Numbered from the stretch's first letter, positions 40,634-51,481 are shown. The stretch: 64,000 nucleotides of DNA from Niabella sp. (GCA_017744795.1 JAGIAQ010000001.1:15403-79402); one strand, 5' to 3'. The notes: generated from the sequence alone by a model not told the origin. Numbers and translations are program-made.

Positions 40634-40786
40634 ATGTTACACAAAGACATACCCCAACCCGGCCGGATGGATCTGCGGATCAAAAACAGAAAAAACCGGT
40701 ACCTGCAATTTTTAGGCACTTTTTTTATCTGTGGCACAATTGTTACACTGGCGCTCTTTTTCTGCGCCTTGTTTAAGTTGATCTGA
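40634..40786 (+). CDS. Possible 50-aa single-TM protein
   Basis: Basic segment followed by a hydrophobic C-terminus (YLQFLGTFFICGTIVTLALFFCALF). Start uncertain; no homology recognised. Confidence 0.3.
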   Translation: MLHKDIPQPGRMDLRIKNRKNRYLQFLGTFFICGTIVTLALFFCALFKLI

Positions 40787-40948
40787 TCCTTCAAATTTTT
40801 TTCGCCTCTGGCAAAACAGGAAGCCGCTGTTTCCATTCATCACAAAAGAGCCGCGGTAAAAAAATGGCGACCGTTATTTCTGTTTTAAGGTATAAATTCG
40901 TAGCGTTCCGGCACACTGCCCGGTACATTAAAACAATTACCTACAGGG

Positions 40949-42757
40949 ATGAAAAAATTAACGCTTCTAATCGCCTTTTTTATTGCTTGTTTTACCAGCA
41001 ATGCGCAAAACAATAAACACGTTTTCAGTTTGGGCAAATCTGATTTCCTGATGGATGGAAAACCCTTCCAGATCATCAGCGGAGAACTGCACCCCGCCCG
41101 TATTCCGAAAGAATACTGGAAACACCGCATACAAATGACCAAAGCCATGGGGTGCAATACCATAGCAGTTTATGTGATGTGGAACGATCTGGAAACGGCC
41201 CCGGGGAAATTTGATTTTAAAACCGGCAACCGGGATATAGCTGCATTTATCCGTTTGTGCAAACAGGAAGGGATGTGGGTGCTGCTGCGCCCGGGCCCCT
41301 ATGTTTGCGCCGAATGGGATTTTGGCGGCCTCCCCACTTATCTTCTTAAAACGCCTGATCTGAAGATCCGCTGCAGCGACCCGCGCTACATGGCGGCCGT
41401 GACCAATTATGTGCAGCACCTGTCTGCCGAAGTGGCGCCGCTGCAATGCACCAATGGCGGCCCGATCGTAATGGTTCAGGTAGAGAATGAATATGGTAGT
41501 TACGGAAATGATAAAACGTACCTGGAAACACTGCGAAATCTTTGGGTAAAGAACGGCATTCGTGTACCTTTTTATACCGCTGATGGCCCGACCCCTTATA
41601 TGCTGGAAGCCGGGAATATAAAAGGCGCCGCAATTGGTATGGACAGCGGGGGCGATCAGCGGGCTTTTGATGAGGCACAAAAATGGAACCCGGACGTGCC
41701 CGCCTTCAGCAGCGAAACTTATCCCGGCTGGCTGACCCATTGGGGTGAGAAATGGGCCCGGCCCGATAGTGCCGGTATAAAAAAAGAACTGGAGTTTTTG
41801 TTATCCCATAAAAAATCATTCAATCTTTATGTGATCCATGGCGGTACTAATTTTGGCTTCACCGCAGGTGCTAATGCTTTTTCGCCTACTCAATACCAGC
41901 CGGATGTAACCAGTTACGATTATGATGCGCCCATTAACGAGCAGGGTTTACCCACAGCAAAATATTTTATGCTGCGCAATCTCATAAAAAAATACGTTTC
42001 CTATCCGGTTCCCGATCCCCCCGCAGCGATCCCCACGATCACGATCCCGGCAATACCGATGAAAGTGTATTCCAGCATCTGGCAAAACCTGGGGAAGCCC
42101 GTTCATTCGCAACAACCCGTTCCCATGGAGGCCTTGGATCAAAACCAGGGAGTACTATTATACCGCACAGTACTAATCGGGCATAAGAGCGGTACGTTGA
42201 AGATCTGGGAGCCGCACGATTACGCCCTGGTGTTTTTAAATGGTAAATTTATTGACACCGTTTACCGCGACGGCGGGAAATGGGAAGTGAAACTACCCAA
42301 AACAAATGTTGCCAACCCACAGCTGGATATACTGGTAGAAGGTATGGGGCATATCAACTTCGCGCAATTCATGATCGATCGTAAGGGGATTACCGACCGC
42401 GTAACCCTGAACGGGATGACCCTCATGAACTGGAACATTTATAAAGCGCCGCTGGATGACGCTTATATAAAGAATCTTAAACCGTCTGCTGCTGCAGCGT
42501 ACGACGGTAAAGGCACTTTCTTTAAAGGTACTTTTTCATTGGGCCAAACCGGCGATACCTATTTCGATTTGTCGGGGTATAAAAAAGGGGTCGTATATGT
42601 TAACGGCCACAACCTGGGCCGGTATTGGTATATAGGGCCGCAATACCGCCTGTACTGCCCGGCTTCCTGGTTAAAAAAAGGAATCAATGAAATTTTGGTA
42701 TTAGACCTGCTGCAAAGCAGTCCGGCCGCCGTTTCGACAGCTGCAGCGCTTTATTAA
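40949..42757 (+). CDS. GH35 beta-galactosidase
   Basis: Signal peptide; ISGELHPARIP, LRPGPYVCAEW, QVENEYGSY, SETYPGW, HGGTNFG and TSYDYDAP motifs. Confidence 0.96.
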   Translation: MKKLTLLIAFFIACFTSNAQNNKHVFSLGKSDFLMDGKPFQIISGELHPARIPKEYWKHRIQMTKAMGCNTIAVYVMWNDLETAPGKFDFKTGNRDIAAFIRLCKQEGMWVLLRPGPYVCAEWDFGGLPTYLLKTPDLKIRCSDPRYMAAVTNYVQHLSAEVAPLQCTNGGPIVMVQVENEYGSYGNDKTYLETLRNLWVKNGIRVPFYTADGPTPYMLEAGNIKGAAIGMDSGGDQRAFDEAQKWNPDVPAFSSETYPGWLTHWGEKWARPDSAGIKKELEFLLSHKKSFNLYVIHGGTNFGFTAGANAFSPTQYQPDVTSYDYDAPINEQGLPTAKYFMLRNLIKKYVSYPVPDPPAAIPTITIPAIPMKVYSSIWQNLGKPVHSQQPVPMEALDQNQGVLLYRTVLIGHKSGTLKIWEPHDYALVFLNGKFIDTVYRDGGKWEVKLPKTNVANPQLDILVEGMGHINFAQFMIDRKGITDRVTLNGMTLMNWNIYKAPLDDAYIKNLKPSAAAAYDGKGTFFKGTFSLGQTGDTYFDLSGYKKGVVYVNGHNLGRYWYIGPQYRLYCPASWLKKGINEILVLDLLQSSPAAVSTAAALY

Positions 42758-42869
42758 CAGAAAGCAAAGACGAAACCAATATTTTTTGCCACTGAAGCCA
42801 GATGTGCTGAGGGGATTTGCGGGCAAATTATTATTGTTGTTATTCAATGTCGTTTCCTTAAGTCTTTAA

Positions 42870-43022
42870 AAACCCTGAAAGGGTGTAATCCGCTTAACCG
42901 CGCGTGAAACGCGCGGGTTGGCGCCAAACCAATGTTGAACCCCGCAGGGGTTCAACAGCATCTATTGCAATTGAGCCGACGGTTGCACCGCCGGCTACTA
43001 AAGGGAAACCCCGTCAGGGTTT
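42870..43022. repeat. 153-bp multi-hairpin REP/MITE-like element
   Basis: Terminal inverted repeat AAACCCTGA/TCAGGGTTT and five hairpins, including the perfect TGTTGAACCCC-gca-GGGGTTCAACA (42933-42957). Confidence 0.8.
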
Positions 43023-43076
43023 ATCTAAATGATGTTTTCTGATTCTATTAAAGAAACTACATTGTGTTATTATCAC

Positions 43077-45458
43077 TTATTTACCTACCCTAAACGTACT
43101 TTCCGAATAAACCGGCTTGCCATCTTCGGTAATGCCCTGCAATACTATTTTGTAGGTTCCGGTATAATCGGAAGTGAAGCAGTTGATCTGTTGCTTTTTA
43201 TTTCCTTCAGAATGGATATCGGGGTTCCAGAGTAAGGTGGTGCGATAGTCGGGGATGCGCAGATCTCCTTTGTTATTGTCGGCATAGGCCGGACTAAAAA
43301 ATTCGCGTTTTAATTCCAGACCTTCGTAGTCGATGGGAACAGCGGAAGGGTCCAGTTCAAATCCGTCGAATTTAGAATCATAGGTCTGAAAACTCGCAAT
43401 TCCCGAATAAACGGCGGAGCCGATCACAAATCTGCGGGGGATCACATCCAGTTGTTTTACTTTAAAGGGGTCATAATTAAAAATGCTGTTATAATCAGCC
43501 AGCGGAACGCCGTCCAGCAGCACTAAAACCGCATACCGGTAAACCGTCTGGTTCTTTTCATCATAGAGGGTCATCTTCAGTTTCTTATCACGTACCACCA
43601 CGTTAATTGGTGTAACATATTCCCGAAGTACTTCTTCCATTGTCGAAAACCGTTTGTAATTATCCAGCAGATAGGTAATCTCCGGTTTATCATAAAATGG
43701 AAGAGTGTCTTTGTAGGTGGGAATCTGGAATCTGTTCAACTTGTCCTGGCTATAAATATTCTGCGCCTGCATGGCAATGCTTCTTTTCAGCAGCTCGGCG
43801 CTATCAGCCGGGTTCAGATAGAAAGCCGGTTGATAACATACCTTGCTGGCACTATCAGCAAAAGGCGAAATAAGCTCTATCCGATGGGCATCCGGGCTGC
43901 CACTTGATGGAAACGGCTTTATAAATATATCCCCGGGGCCATAGTACCGGGTTACATTAAATCTTACAATGCCGGCGGCATCGCTTGTTGCATTAAAAAG
44001 TCCAAAAGGAACAGAAGGCACGGTCAGGAAGCATTCATTATTCGCCTCGGGTTTATTCGTCCAGGTATTTATGATCCGTGCTGTAACAATATGACCATTA
44101 TATTCGGGAAGAGCCGTCAATTTTTTAGCTGTTGTAATCGGCGTAGTGAATCGTCGCCAGCCATTTACCAGCATCAGGTTTTCAATGGAATTTCCCTGTT
44201 GCGCTTCGGGAGTAAAATAGAATTCCGGTGACTCTATTTTACCGGACAAATGTCGGGTCAGCAACAAATAATCATGGATCGATCCATCTGACAGATCGTT
44301 ACTGTTTGCTGCATAAACCGACAGGGAACCATTGAATGCCTGTGATGGATCGAGGTCTATGGGCACTTGTTCCCGGCTTGCAAAGGCAGTTTTATCGGTA
44401 CTGATCTTAACTCCGGCTGCGGGCAGTTCTCCGGGAATAAAAACCAGCCGTTCGCTAACCGGCTGCCAGTTTTGATTAAACAGGGTGAAATAAACGATAC
44501 CCGTTCCCAGCCGGGATTTGCTTACGTTGTATGCCACACTGTTGTCTGCGCCCATATCAAACGCAACGGCTAATTTATTCGCCTGGTCAGAATGGGCGAC
44601 CAGGTATATTTTCTGCGGCGCCGCTTTTTGTGCAGAAACAATTATTTTATAGGCATCTTTGCCCGCATCGCTTATGCTGATGGTATGCCCGCTTAGTTTT
44701 TGCGTGGGTAGTCCGGTTGTAACAGGCCCCTTGCCCGGAACAGTAATTACGGCAGCATATCGTTTACCATAATGAGGGGTGAAGGTAAACTGGCCCAATC
44801 CGAATCGGGCTGTTTCAAACCGTGCTACGGTATCTGTTTCATTTTCAATGATGCTTCCGCTGGCTGGTATTCCCTTTGTTGTAGCGGGGTCCAATACCTG
44901 CACACCCACTTTCGTTATCAATCCTTCTATCAGGTCGCCTCCCTCGGGAAAGAAATTCACGATAGCATTTTTATTGCCCGCTGTTAGCCCGGAACCATTT
45001 GCGGTTAATGTATTGGAAATAACGATCCGTTTCCTGAAAAATAGTTTGGGATCGCCGTTTTTCATCTGACTGGTATAACATAAAAGGGTGTAGGCACCGG
45101 TACTAATGGTTACCGGAAGGTAGAGGCTGCCGCTGCCCAATCCTTTTTTTAGTTCCACTTTTGATTGTAACACCGCGGTTCCTTTATCATTAACCAATTC
45201 GATGTAAGCAACGGTATTATAGTTTGCTGTTTTGAATCCGGCTGCATTGAGCAGGTATATTTTATACCAGGCAATTTCACCTGCCAGATAGGAGGCCTTA
45301 TCGGTGTGAACAAACGCAACCTCTTTATTATGGGTATATTGTTCCTGTACGGCGGCTAACGACAGTTCGTCCTGGCTTAAGGCCATGGCGGTAATGCCCA
45401 AACCTGTCAGCAGCAGCAGCAATCGTGTACAAGAATATATCAGATAATTTCTATTCAT
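43077..45458 (-). CDS. Macroglobulin (MG2)-like secreted protein of unknown function
   Basis: Signal peptide from ATG 45458; VHTDKASYLAGE.AW.K.Y, FFPEGG.L..G and C-terminal DYRTTLLWNP motifs; no CxEQ thioester. Confidence 0.7.
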   Translation of the reverse strand: MNRNYLIYSCTRLLLLLTGLGITAMALSQDELSLAAVQEQYTHNKEVAFVHTDKASYLAGEIAWYKIYLLNAAGFKTANYNTVAYIELVNDKGTAVLQSKVELKKGLGSGSLYLPVTISTGAYTLLCYTSQMKNGDPKLFFRKRIVISNTLTANGSGLTAGNKNAIVNFFPEGGDLIEGLITKVGVQVLDPATTKGIPASGSIIENETDTVARFETARFGLGQFTFTPHYGKRYAAVITVPGKGPVTTGLPTQKLSGHTISISDAGKDAYKIIVSAQKAAPQKIYLVAHSDQANKLAVAFDMGADNSVAYNVSKSRLGTGIVYFTLFNQNWQPVSERLVFIPGELPAAGVKISTDKTAFASREQVPIDLDPSQAFNGSLSVYAANSNDLSDGSIHDYLLLTRHLSGKIESPEFYFTPEAQQGNSIENLMLVNGWRRFTTPITTAKKLTALPEYNGHIVTARIINTWTNKPEANNECFLTVPSVPFGLFNATSDAAGIVRFNVTRYYGPGDIFIKPFPSSGSPDAHRIELISPFADSASKVCYQPAFYLNPADSAELLKRSIAMQAQNIYSQDKLNRFQIPTYKDTLPFYDKPEITYLLDNYKRFSTMEEVLREYVTPINVVVRDKKLKMTLYDEKNQTVYRYAVLVLLDGVPLADYNSIFNYDPFKVKQLDVIPRRFVIGSAVYSGIASFQTYDSKFDGFELDPSAVPIDYEGLELKREFFSPAYADNNKGDLRIPDYRTTLLWNPDIHSEGNKKQQINCFTSDYTGTYKIVLQGITEDGKPVYSESTFRVGK

Positions 45459-45471
45459 TTTCTCCGGATTA

Positions 45472-46635
45472 TTAAGGCCAGTAGGTTGGTTTTTGAGTAG
45501 ATCCTCCCCTTGCGGTACAGTCCACGCATATGGCTGTAGAGGCATCATATCCATCAGCCGGCGGAGGAGGGTCGGTCCGCTTATTTTGGTTTATCGGAAC
45601 AATCGCCCCGGCGCCAAAATAGGCCTTTGTACTATCACTGTTTTTAATAACAAATTGCAAAGAGCAGCCTTGCTGCAAGTTCCACCCGGGCGGCGAGGCA
45701 ATGAATACCCGTTTTTGCGTTACGGTAGCAGCTGCAATATAGCCGATCACTGTTTCGGACGGATTGGTGACGCAATGTATATTTCCCCGTAATTCTGAAG
45801 GCATCGGGTCAAAAATACTGCCGATCGATTCGGTATTTTTTTTCATCAGGTCATAAAACTCATATGCGGCTTTGTCCATGGCGTATTGTCGTAAAAGAAT
45901 ACTGTATTTAACAGAAAGCCGGTCATCGCCCGACGGGATCTCGTTGATGGGAAATTCATGGATCACATCTGCGGTCAATTTTGCCGAACTGGCAAACAGC
46001 AGGCTGGTGGACTTGCCATACCGCCAGCAGGTATTTACATCTTCCTGCGGAAAGACGCGATACCGCACGCCGGCAGCATCTGCCAGGGGCGATTTGGGGT
46101 CATAAATTAAAGAGGATTGATAATAGCTATGGATCTCCCAGGTTTCATCCCAATCCCAGCGGTAATAGATCGTGTTATTGGCGGGGTCATGCGTATTTAC
46201 ATAAAGCTGCACCCCGTCGCTGTTTGACTTCCAGCCAATGCTGTCAATGGGGGGTGTGATTTTTACCGCTACAAAATCTGACAGGTATTCCTTGCCATCA
46301 CCTGTTTTGATCCGCACCCGGTATTTATTGCTGGCAGAAAGATTCAGGTTGTTGTTCTGATAAATGCCTGCACTGGTCATGGTAAGTTGTTTTGCCGAAT
46401 TATCCGTTCCTTCTACCGTTATGCTTGCATTACTTTCATATGCGGGCTGGTTACCGGAAGCCACTTTTTTCGTGCGGGATACCGTTAATGTTGTAGGGGC
46501 ATTTCCTGCATTCAACACGCCCTCTACCACCAGGTATCCTGTTCCGGTAGATTGTATATCGGGCACGTACCGGTCTTTACAGGAAAGAGCGGAAAAGAAG
46601 AATAATAAACAATAGCAACAATAGCGCAGCCTCAT
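45472..46635 (-). CDS. DUF4249 family lipoprotein
   Basis: Lipobox ALSC from ATG 46635; YLVVEG.L, PPIDSI, AYEFY..M, GSIFDPMP.EL.GNI, ETVIGY and C-terminal C.DC..RGG...KP.YW motifs. Confidence 0.85.
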   Translation of the reverse strand: MRLRYCCYCLLFFFSALSCKDRYVPDIQSTGTGYLVVEGVLNAGNAPTTLTVSRTKKVASGNQPAYESNASITVEGTDNSAKQLTMTSAGIYQNNNLNLSASNKYRVRIKTGDGKEYLSDFVAVKITPPIDSIGWKSNSDGVQLYVNTHDPANNTIYYRWDWDETWEIHSYYQSSLIYDPKSPLADAAGVRYRVFPQEDVNTCWRYGKSTSLLFASSAKLTADVIHEFPINEIPSGDDRLSVKYSILLRQYAMDKAAYEFYDLMKKNTESIGSIFDPMPSELRGNIHCVTNPSETVIGYIAAATVTQKRVFIASPPGWNLQQGCSLQFVIKNSDSTKAYFGAGAIVPINQNKRTDPPPPADGYDASTAICVDCTARGGSTQKPTYWP

Positions 46636-46636
46636 T

Positions 46637-49399
46637 TTAAAAACGAATATTATAGTTAATAAAAGGTATCGCACTCCCAAAGATGGAGAGCTTATAGCCG
46701 TTAGCCACTCCGTTTTCGGAAACAAAATAAACCGAGTAAGGATTTCTTCGGCCAAACAAATTGTAAACGCCGATGGTCCATGAGTTGTGCGTCTTTTGAT
46801 GCACTTTATGATTGCCATCGATATTCATGGAAAAATCGGTCCGGTAATAGTCAGGGATGCGGTATTGGTTCCGGTCCGAGTAGAGCACGCGCACAGAACC
46901 TGCATATACATACTCGCCAACAGGATAAGTAATGGGCCGGCCGGTACTGTAGGTAGAATTAAGCGATAAGCTGAACCGGTGATTGATCTCAAAATTGGCC
47001 ACAACAATGACATCATTCGGCTTGTCGTAGTTGGCGGGATAAAACTGCCCATTATTGATCATAGAGCCCAGGCTAAGATCGGTCGATTTCAACAGGATCC
47101 GGGAATAGGTATAACCGATCCATCCGTTCAGTTTTCCCACCGGTTTTTTTATCAGCAGTTCCACACCATAAGCCTTGCCTTTCGTATTGATCACGTCTGT
47201 TTCGATATGATGATTCATCGTCAATGAAGCACCGGGCTTATAATCCAGGTAGTTTTTGATGTTCTTATAATACACTTCTACCGAAGTTTCGATGGTGTTG
47301 GAGCGCAGGTTTTTATAGAATCCCAACGAAACCTGGTCGCCGATCTGTGGCTGAATATTAGGATCGCTCAGCTTCCAGATATCTGTTGGGGAAATAACAG
47401 TGGTATTGGACAGCAGATGAATGTATTGCCGTAGCGAATTGTAGGACGCCTTTATGGAGAAGGTGGGTGTAAACGCATACCGCGTGGAAAAACGTATTTC
47501 GGGCCCCTGGTAATTTTTTATGAACTTACCTTTTCCATAGGTAACTGTTCCTGTACGGGTGTCATCCGTACGTGGCTGCCCCGCGGCGTAATAACTTACC
47601 GTTTGCGGCCCCAGGTAGGAATAGAACGAATACCGGATGCCGGTGCTGAAGGAAAGTTTGGTTGTAGCATTGAACCGGTGGGTAATATACGCGGCATTCT
47701 CAAGTGCACGTTCCGTATTCAGGGTATCAGGGCGCACCAGCGAACTGTTGGTAAGCGGGTTAAATATTCCGGGTCGCAAACGGTAGGACAGGGAGCTTAC
47801 TCCAAAATCAACTCCGTGTTTTTGATTAATGAAATAAGAAAAGTTCAGTTTTCCGTACAATTGGCGGATGTCGAAAAACAGGTCAAAAGCATTTATGCTA
47901 TTGACGCCGCTATTGATATCGTATTTATAATAATCATAACCGCCGATCAGCTCTGCCTGCAGCCTGCGCGAAAAATTTCTTTTCCATTTAAGGGACGCGT
48001 TCCGGTTACTATAGCTGTAAACAGTATCGCTGTTGAGCTGAAACCGGTCGTTACTATAATAGGCGTTCAGGTAAAGCGTATTGTTAGAGTCGATGCGGTG
48101 GCTTATACCCAGGTTAAAGTCCTGGAAATTGGCTTTGCTTTTGTCATATTCTTTTGGCAAAAGATTGATCAGCCAGTTGGCATAAGTAGCACGGCCGCCA
48201 AAAATAAAGGATGTTTTATCTTTTACGATCGGGCCTTCCAGTTCCAGGCGGCTGGTAACCGGCCCGATGCCTGCCGAGCCCGTGATCTGTTTCTTATTGC
48301 CTTCCCGGCTGTTAATATCCAGTACGGAAGCCAATCTGCCTCCATATTTTGCCGGAATGGAACTTTTGTATAGTTCTACATCCTTCACAATTTCGGGGTT
48401 AAAGGCAGAGAACATCCCAAAAAAGTGAGAAGGGTTGTAGACCGTGGCATCATTGAATAAAATCAGATTTTGATCCGCCGAGCCGCCCCGTACATTAAAC
48501 CCGGTGCTGGCCTCCCCCACGGTTTTTACGCCCGGCAGGGTGGTGATGGCGCGCAAAATATCGGCCTCTCCAAATACCGTCGGGATCTTCTTTATTTCTG
48601 CTATGGTCAAACGGGATAAACCCATTTGCACATTCCGGATATTGCGTGTTTTTGTGGCCGAAATAATAACTTCTTTCAATGTGGGGATCTGGTCCGGAAT
48701 ACTTACGTCCATCCGCCCGTCGTTATATACCATCAGGTTTAAGCTGGTTTCCCTGATCCCAAACCCTGTAATATTTAATGTATGCTTCCCCGGGGGGATA
48801 CTTAATGAATAGTTACCATAACTATCTGTAGTGGTCGAATATTCATTATCGGCCAGCACCGCAATATTGGGCATGGGCTCCCCGGTGCGGGCGCTCTTTA
48901 CGGTGCCAACCAGTACTGCCTGGGGTGCCCGGGCCATGTTTCTGTTGCCAATTTCATAGAGTTTTTCGGTGGAGGTGGGGGCTGTTCTTTTTTTGCCATC
49001 AATGCCGTATTCATTGATTTTTTGAATATTGCTCTGATGGGCGGTCAACGGTTTTTCAGCCTGATAGATCTCCGGCGGCAGGGAAACCTGCATTTTTAGC
49101 CCTCGCGTGATATATACTTTTTTTTCTTTTTCATCGATGGCATAGGACAGCTCTGTCCGCTCCAATGCCTTTGTTAAGGATGCATCCAAGGATTCGTTTT
49201 CCGGCGGCAGCTTTATTAAAAGCGAATCGGTTTGTTGGGCCGGATAATAAAACCGGTGACCGCTCTTTTTTTCAAGCAGCAAAAAAAAGTCGGAAAGACG
49301 CATGCTGTCCCGGTTTGCAGGCACCTCCACCTGTGCGTTTCCACAAACCAGGGCGCAAACGCAAAAAATAAGGAGCAGCGTCCGTTTGTTAATAAGCAT
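46637..49399 (-). CDS. TonB-dependent receptor (non-SusC) with N-terminal extension and carboxypeptidase-regulatory-like domain
   Basis: GEADILR..TTLPGV, GFNVRGG..DQNL, NP.HFFG.FS and YGGRLASVL motifs; C-terminal YNIRF. Confidence 0.92.
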   Translation of the reverse strand: MLINKRTLLLIFCVCALVCGNAQVEVPANRDSMRLSDFFLLLEKKSGHRFYYPAQQTDSLLIKLPPENESLDASLTKALERTELSYAIDEKEKKVYITRGLKMQVSLPPEIYQAEKPLTAHQSNIQKINEYGIDGKKRTAPTSTEKLYEIGNRNMARAPQAVLVGTVKSARTGEPMPNIAVLADNEYSTTTDSYGNYSLSIPPGKHTLNITGFGIRETSLNLMVYNDGRMDVSIPDQIPTLKEVIISATKTRNIRNVQMGLSRLTIAEIKKIPTVFGEADILRAITTLPGVKTVGEASTGFNVRGGSADQNLILFNDATVYNPSHFFGMFSAFNPEIVKDVELYKSSIPAKYGGRLASVLDINSREGNKKQITGSAGIGPVTSRLELEGPIVKDKTSFIFGGRATYANWLINLLPKEYDKSKANFQDFNLGISHRIDSNNTLYLNAYYSNDRFQLNSDTVYSYSNRNASLKWKRNFSRRLQAELIGGYDYYKYDINSGVNSINAFDLFFDIRQLYGKLNFSYFINQKHGVDFGVSSLSYRLRPGIFNPLTNSSLVRPDTLNTERALENAAYITHRFNATTKLSFSTGIRYSFYSYLGPQTVSYYAAGQPRTDDTRTGTVTYGKGKFIKNYQGPEIRFSTRYAFTPTFSIKASYNSLRQYIHLLSNTTVISPTDIWKLSDPNIQPQIGDQVSLGFYKNLRSNTIETSVEVYYKNIKNYLDYKPGASLTMNHHIETDVINTKGKAYGVELLIKKPVGKLNGWIGYTYSRILLKSTDLSLGSMINNGQFYPANYDKPNDVIVVANFEINHRFSLSLNSTYSTGRPITYPVGEYVYAGSVRVLYSDRNQYRIPDYYRTDFSMNIDGNHKVHQKTHNSWTIGVYNLFGRRNPYSVYFVSENGVANGYKLSIFGSAIPFINYNIRF

Positions 49400-49401
49400 T
49401 A

Positions 49402-50115
49402 TTATTGGTTATATAGCTGAGCCGCGGTCAGAATTGCGTCTTCCGCATTTGTTTTGAATTTGATATGTGCTTTCCGGAGCGCCTTTGCAACTACAGACCT
49501 TCTCATCCCGAGGATCGTATATAAGTCTTTTTGTGATTGCACCGGTTGAAAGCGTTTGTCTTTATAGATATAGAATTTACTGATCCAGACAAACTCCCTG
49601 TCGATTTTTGACTGCTGCTGATCGATGGTTTCCCGGATGTATTTTTTCCTTAATATTAAAACCGGCAGCTTTGTTTCGTTTAAGACCTCATAAAATCCGT
49701 CTGTCAATGTCTTATCCACGGAGGGGTCCAGCTTTACAAATTTTCTGTGCTCCAGGTAAAAGGCAGACAGCTTTTGACGGGGCATGATCACGGGCATCAA
49801 TTGTTTGTCCTCAATAAGCAATGATCCGTCATTTGCGTCGTATCTTAAACTGAGATTTTTGTACCATATACTGTCGAAACACACCGCGCCATTGTGCCAT
49901 TTGGCATCGTCTAAAAACGGGGTGCCAATTACTGTCGGGGGATAGGACTCAAACAAACGGCCATTATATATGGGGAGATCGGTCTTGAGATTCTCATAAT
50001 ACGCGGCAGGCAGATAGGTAGAATCTAATGCAAACAAACCGCTTTTGCTTTGCGCAAAAGAAGACCCGGAGGTGATCAATAGTGTTAGAAAAAAAGCGGA
50101 TAGTTTTATTCTCAT
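49402..50115 (-). CDS. Secreted hypothetical protein, first gene of the TBDR-DUF4249 operon
   Basis: Signal peptide from ATG 50115; YNGR...Y.....G.PFL...W..G.V...Y....L.YD pattern; 2-nt gap to the TBDR. Confidence 0.75.
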   Translation of the reverse strand: MRIKLSAFFLTLLITSGSSFAQSKSGLFALDSTYLPAAYYENLKTDLPIYNGRLFESYPPTVIGTPFLDDAKWHNGAVCFDSIWYKNLSLRYDANDGSLLIEDKQLMPVIMPRQKLSAFYLEHRKFVKLDPSVDKTLTDGFYEVLNETKLPVLILRKKYIRETIDQQQSKIDREFVWISKFYIYKDKRFQPVQSQKDLYTILGMRRSVVAKALRKAHIKFKTNAEDAILTAAQLYNQ

Positions 50116-50293
50116 ATGTTTTACAAGAGGCATTCGTACCACATAAAACTAAAAAAAAAGTTCTGTCTGTCAAAATTTCATCCGCCGGCCGGGTCATTGT
50201 GTACAACCGATTGAACAAATGCGACCGTTGTATGGCTTTTTTTAACACCTTTGTCCGGTTGTTTGTAATCACATACTTTTTAAACCCCTTCAT

Positions 50294-51481
50294 ATGAACG
50301 AGCTTTTTGCAAAACGTATCGGTGACGAAGTTGAGGAGATCAAAACCTCTGGTCTTTATAAAACAGAGCGCATTATTGAAAGCCCGCAGGGCGCTGCCAT
50401 TACAGTAAATGGTAAAACGGTAATAAATTTTTGTGCCAATAATTACCTCGGCCTTTCTTCGCATCCGGAGGTGATCAAAGCGGCCCACGCGACGATCGAC
50501 TCACGGGGATATGGGATGAGCAGTGTGCGCTTTATCTGTGGTACGCAGGATATTCATAAAGAACTGGAGCAAAAACTGTCCGAATTCCTGGGGACGGAAG
50601 ATACCATTCTTTATGCAGCAGCGTTTGATGCAAATGGCGGCGTTTTTGAACCGCTTTTTAATGATCAGGATGCCATTATATCTGATGCCCTCAACCATGC
50701 CAGCATTATCGATGGGGTTCGTTTGTGCAAGGCGCAACGCTACCGTTATGAGCATAACAATATGGCGGATCTTGAGGCAAAACTGCAGGAGGCTGCCGGC
50801 GCCCGCAGCCGCATTATTGTAACAGATGGCTCTTTCAGTATGGATGGAACGATTGCACAACTGGATAAAATAGTGGAACTGGCTGAAAAATACGATGCGG
50901 TGATCATGATCGATGAATGTCATTCTTCGGGCTTCCTGGGCAAAACCGGCCGCGGTACCCACGAATACCGCGGGGTAATGGGCAAGATCGATATCATTAC
51001 CGGCACGCTGGGCAAAGCGCTGGGCGGCGCTTCCGGTGGATTCACGTCCGGGAAAAAAGAAGTGATTGAGATGCTGCGCCAAAAATCCCGCCCCTATTTA
51101 TTCAGTAATACGCTGGCTCCTTCCATTGTTGGGGGTTCTATCGCCGTGCTGGATATGCTTTCTACTTCTACACAGCTAAGAGACAAGCTGGAATTCAATA
51201 CAAAATACTTCCGCGAGAAAATGACCGCGGCTGGGTTCGATATTAAACCCGGCGATCATCCTATAGTGCCGATCATGTTGTACGATGCAGTGCTGGCTGC
51301 CGATTTTGCGGCCAAACTGCTGGATGAAGGTATTTATGTGATCGGGTTTTTCTTTCCTGTGGTGCCCAAAGGCCAGGCCCGTATTCGCGTACAGCTGAGC
51401 GCCGGCCACGAACAGGAGCACCTGGACAAAGCTATTGCTGCCTTTACCAAGGTAGGGAAAGAACTGGGCGTTTTAAAATAA
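50294..51481 (+). CDS. kbl: Glycine C-acetyltransferase (2-amino-3-ketobutyrate CoA ligase)
   Basis: [47 protein letters not shown] and ARIRVQLSA motifs. Confidence 0.97.
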   Translation: MNELFAKRIGDEVEEIKTSGLYKTERIIESPQGAAITVNGKTVINFCANNYLGLSSHPEVIKAAHATIDSRGYGMSSVRFICGTQDIHKELEQKLSEFLGTEDTILYAAAFDANGGVFEPLFNDQDAIISDALNHASIIDGVRLCKAQRYRYEHNNMADLEAKLQEAAGARSRIIVTDGSFSMDGTIAQLDKIVELAEKYDAVIMIDECHSSGFLGKTGRGTHEYRGVMGKIDIITGTLGKALGGASGGFTSGKKEVIEMLRQKSRPYLFSNTLAPSIVGGSIAVLDMLSTSTQLRDKLEFNTKYFREKMTAAGFDIKPGDHPIVPIMLYDAVLAADFAAKLLDEGIYVIGFFFPVVPKGQARIRVQLSAGHEQEHLDKAIAAFTKVGKELGVLK

